Shown here piece after piece: positions 61,004 through 64,000 of a DNA stretch of 64,000 nt; the first letter of the stretch is position 1, and each line of letters starts with the position of its first letter. The translations under genes and the position numbers were made by a program. The notes beneath the pieces are model-generated. The model had not been told where the DNA came from. It did not search any database and saw nothing but the letters and a program-made list of their open reading frames with translations. The stretch lies in NCBI GenBank assembly GCA_902589175.1, contig CACIRX010000001.1, positions 186,938 through 250,937 of the forward strand, written 5' to 3'. The DNA comes from an uncultured Pelagibacteraceae bacterium (GTDB lineage Bacteria; Pseudomonadota; Alphaproteobacteria; Pelagibacterales; AG-422-B15).

Positions 61004-62194
61004 TTATCGAGCTCCAAAAATACTGACCTTGACGAGCTCTCTAACATCATCCAATGTGGCTGAACGAGGGTTAGTGCCAAAGGCTGTATCAATCATTGAC
61101 TTTTCAGATATTCTCTCAATACAATCTTCTGGAACACCAATTTCATTTAAACCCTTGGGTATCTTAATTCGATCTAGTATTTTTTCCATGCTTTCGATGA
61201 AATGATTTGCAGTATGATCTTTATATTGCATTGCCTGAGCCATTCTCATCACTTTCTCTTCCATATCTGGTAGGTTGTATCTTAGAACTGCTGGCAAAAT
61301 AATAGCATTAGTTAGTCCGTGATGCGTATTAAATTCTGCCCCAACCATATGTGCAATAGCGTGAACAAGACCCAGCCCTTTTATAAAAGAAACTCCCCCC
61401 AAACACGAAGCAACAAGCATAGCCCCTCTTGCTTCAAGATTATTTGGTTCTTCTACAGCTGTAATGAGTGATTTAGAAATTAAGTTTAGACTTTCGAGCG
61501 CGGCACCGTCACATAAGGGGTGAAAACCTGGAACACAATAACCCTCAATTGAGTGGATCATTGCATCTGCACCTGTCCATGCTGTAAGATTTGAGGGTAA
61601 TCCCAATGTTAGTTCAGGATCGAGCAATGCCAATGAAGGCTTCAATTCAGGATGCATTATACAAAGTTTAATTCCTTGTTTGGTATCTGTTACCATTGCT
61701 GTACTTTCTGTTTCAGCGCCTGTTCCAGCTGTTGTAGGAATTGTAATAAGTTTAGGAAATTTATTATCTGGTCCAATGACTTGAGGTGTCTTTTCCCACT
61801 CAAAGTCAAATAACTCAATTTCATTATTAGCGGTTAGACAAATTGACTTGCCACCATCCATGGCACTTCCGCCGCCAATAGCAATTATTGCATCGTGATT
61901 GTTATCATTGTAAAGTTTTTTTCCTGATGCAATTTCATCATCTCTTGGGTTGGGTGAAATTTTTGAATAAATACCTGAATTAATTTTCGATTTTTTTAAA
62001 ATTTCGACCAAGTTATCAATGAAGGGAAGATCAACACTGCCACTATCAGTGACAATTAGTGGATTGGTTATCTTATTCTCAGAACAATAAGTTCCAATTT
62101 CGGAAAATCTACCTGGACCATATGCTATCGGTACTGGGAAGCCCCAATCTTGGGGGGCAAGAATTTCTTCTTTGTTCAAATTGAAAAGCGTCAT
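61004..62194 (-). CDS. Iron-containing alcohol dehydrogenase
   Basis: GGGSAMD, PTTAGTG, D..H, H...H..HHG. Confidence 0.9.
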   Translation of the reverse strand: MTLFNLNKEEILAPQDWGFPVPIAYGPGRFSEIGTYCSENKITNPLIVTDSGSVDLPFIDNLVEILKKSKINSGIYSKISPNPRDDEIASGKKLYNDNNHDAIIAIGGGSAMDGGKSICLTANNEIELFDFEWEKTPQVIGPDNKFPKLITIPTTAGTGAETESTAMVTDTKQGIKLCIMHPELKPSLALLDPELTLGLPSNLTAWTGADAMIHSIEGYCVPGFHPLCDGAALESLNLISKSLITAVEEPNNLEARGAMLVASCLGGVSFIKGLGLVHAIAHMVGAEFNTHHGLTNAIILPAVLRYNLPDMEEKVMRMAQAMQYKDHTANHFIESMEKILDRIKIPKGLNEIGVPEDCIERISEKSMIDTAFGTNPRSATLDDVRELVKVSIFGAR

Positions 62195-62214
62195 GGTTTA
62201 TTTATTCAAATTAA

Positions 62215-63255
62215 TTAAGATGTCATTGATTTTAAGACTATTGACCGATCAATTTCACCAATTAGTTCTCCTGAAACTGAATCGATTACAGGATATTTTT
62301 TGTCAGTGTCAGCTATCTGATTAATTAAAGTATCGATTTTAACGTCACTTTTAATACACTCATTGCCTTGGGCAAAAAGGGTTTTTGTATCTTCGCAGCA
62401 TTCTTTTCTTGCGCATTTACCCGCACTTAAAACTTTGTATTTGGGAACATCTTCTGTGAAGTCTTTTACGTATTGATCTACGGGATTTGCAACAATTTCC
62501 TCTGGTGTACCAACTTGTGATATTTCTCCATCTTTCATAATCGCAATATGATCACCCATTTTAATAGCTTCAGAAAAATCATGCGTAATGAATACCATTG
62601 TTTTTTGAACCATTTTTTGAATGCTAATTAACTCGTCTTGCATTTCCCTTCTTATCAATGGATCCAGTGCTGAGAAAGGTTCGTCAAAAATTAGAATCTC
62701 TGGATCAACTGCTAGAGCTCTAGCTAGTCCAACTCTTTGTTGCATCCCACCTGACAATTCACGAGGGTAATGTTGATCCCAACCTTCTAGTCCTACAAGT
62801 TTAAGTGTTTCCATTGACTTATCTAATCGATCTTTTTTCTTTACCCCCCTTATTTCAAGTCCATAGCCAATATTTTCTATCACTCTTCGATGAGGGAAAA
62901 GACCAAAGTGCTGAAATACCATACTCATTCTATTACGTCTCAGATCTGTTAAATCTTTATTGCTCATCAATGTTACATCTTGATTGTCAATTTTTACCTC
63001 ACCTGCTGTTGGCTCAATCAGTCTTGATAAACATCTTACTAATGTAGATTTACCACTACCTGATAAACCCATTACAACGAACGTTTCACCTTTTTGAACT
63101 GAGAAACTTACATCTTTAACTGCAACCACATGTCCAGTTTTTTCTTGCACTTCACTTCTTGAAAGATTTTTATCTAAATTTGTAAGAACATTTTTTTCAT
63201 TTGGCCCAAATACCTTCCATATATTTGTGCATACTATTTTGTCATTTTTTTCCAT
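62215..63255 (-). CDS. Glycine betaine/proline-type ABC ATP-binding protein (ProV/OpuAA-like)
   Basis: GLSGSGKS, LSGGMQQRVGLARA, DEPFSALDPLIR. Confidence 0.93.
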   Translation of the reverse strand: MEKNDKIVCTNIWKVFGPNEKNVLTNLDKNLSRSEVQEKTGHVVAVKDVSFSVQKGETFVVMGLSGSGKSTLVRCLSRLIEPTAGEVKIDNQDVTLMSNKDLTDLRRNRMSMVFQHFGLFPHRRVIENIGYGLEIRGVKKKDRLDKSMETLKLVGLEGWDQHYPRELSGGMQQRVGLARALAVDPEILIFDEPFSALDPLIRREMQDELISIQKMVQKTMVFITHDFSEAIKMGDHIAIMKDGEISQVGTPEEIVANPVDQYVKDFTEDVPKYKVLSAGKCARKECCEDTKTLFAQGNECIKSDVKIDTLINQIADTDKKYPVIDSVSGELIGEIDRSIVLKSMTS

Positions 63256-63341
63256 TATTTTTGAGTGCTTTATCTGCTGAATGTTATACTATGTTGAGGA
63301 TTTTTGAATAATTTATTTAACCTTGAGGGATACTATTTTAC

Positions 63342-64000
63342 ATGGCATTGACCCAGGATACATCGCTTTTATCTTCTAAAAGTAGTACTCAGAATCTAAT
63401 CATTCCTGGGCTAATTTTTGCTGCAATTCTAGCTTCAATCTGGCTTGCATTCCAAGGTGAAGATGTTTCAGAGTTTCCAGTCTTTATAACAGATGCTTTT
63501 ACTTTTACAGCTTGGGTCAATGCTGGTGAAGATTTTTTAAAAGATAATATTAAAGTTTATACAAGGATGGTTGCTGGTTATGTAAAAGATCTTTATTGGA
63601 TGCTCGAGGATTTTTTACTAGATTCATCTTGGGTATTTATAGCGGCGCTATTACTTATTCCATCACTTGCATTCGGGGGAATTAAATTAGGTTTTCTTGT
63701 TCTTTTTGGCACCATGTATTGGGGAATGGTTGGGCTTTGGGATTCTGCTATGGAAACTCTTGCTCTTATGGGTCTATCAGTATTCTTATCTGTGGCCGTT
63801 GGAGTGATACTTGGTATTTTCTGTGCATTAAGTGATCGTTTTGAGAGAAATATGAAACCAGCTCTCGATATAATGCAAGTGATGCCTGCATTTGTTTATT
63901 TAATCCCTGCAATGTTTTTCTTTGGAATCGGAGGCGCACCTGCAATTCTTGCAACAATGATTTATTCAATGCCTCCTATTATTCGTCTGACAAACTTAGG
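63342..64000 (+). CDS. Glycine betaine/proline-type ABC permease (ProW-like), 3' truncated by window edge
   Basis: Manual translation MALTQDTS...LDIMQVMPAFVYLIPAMFFFGIG..PAILATMIYSMPPIIRLTNL; absent from the ORF track because no stop falls in the window. Confidence 0.9.
   Translation, partial: MALTQDTSLLSSKSSTQNLIIPGLIFAAILASIWLAFQGEDVSEFPVFITDAFTFTAWVNAGEDFLKDNIKVYTRMVAGYVKDLYWMLEDFLLDSSWVFIAALLLIPSLAFGGIKLGFLVLFGTMYWGMVGLWDSAMETLALMGLSVFLSVAVGVILGIFCALSDRFERNMKPALDIMQVMPAFVYLIPAMFFFGIGGAPAILATMIYSMPPIIRLTNL

Overview
AT-rich, gene-dense chromosome segment, most consistent with a streamlined marine alphaproteobacterium (SAR11/HIMB59-like; inferred from gene content, synteny and the permuted two-piece tmRNA). 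Core genes: ligA, uvrD, fumC, ssrA, thyX, mrp, hflKC-degP, miaA, ilvIHC, leuA, mreBCD-mrdA-rodA, lpxB, hisI, rpmF. Accessory catabolic and C1 genes: amidinotransferase, amino-acid ABC parts, dgcNA, haloalkane dehalogenase, BVMO, fhs/metF/GcvT-DmdA-like, matB, amidase cluster, betaine-type ABC. The most striking signal is at 6647-8962. The 16-nt 3' end of the tmRNA gene (AGTGGGAGACTTCTGT on the + strand) occurs four times as a direct repeat and delimits three small cassettes that carry no integrase. Two of the cassettes share a layout: core, ACTATA at +41/42, CTTCG-N7-CTTCG at +62/64, one gene, then a stop codon 12-13 nt before the next core. This looks like an integron-like, tmRNA-anchored cassette array. 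Other elements missing from the ORF track: a Leu-rich leuA leader peptide, an ArfA-like 43-aa ORF, a candidate sRNA with upstream DnaA boxes, a structured metF leader, and a partial ProW gene.
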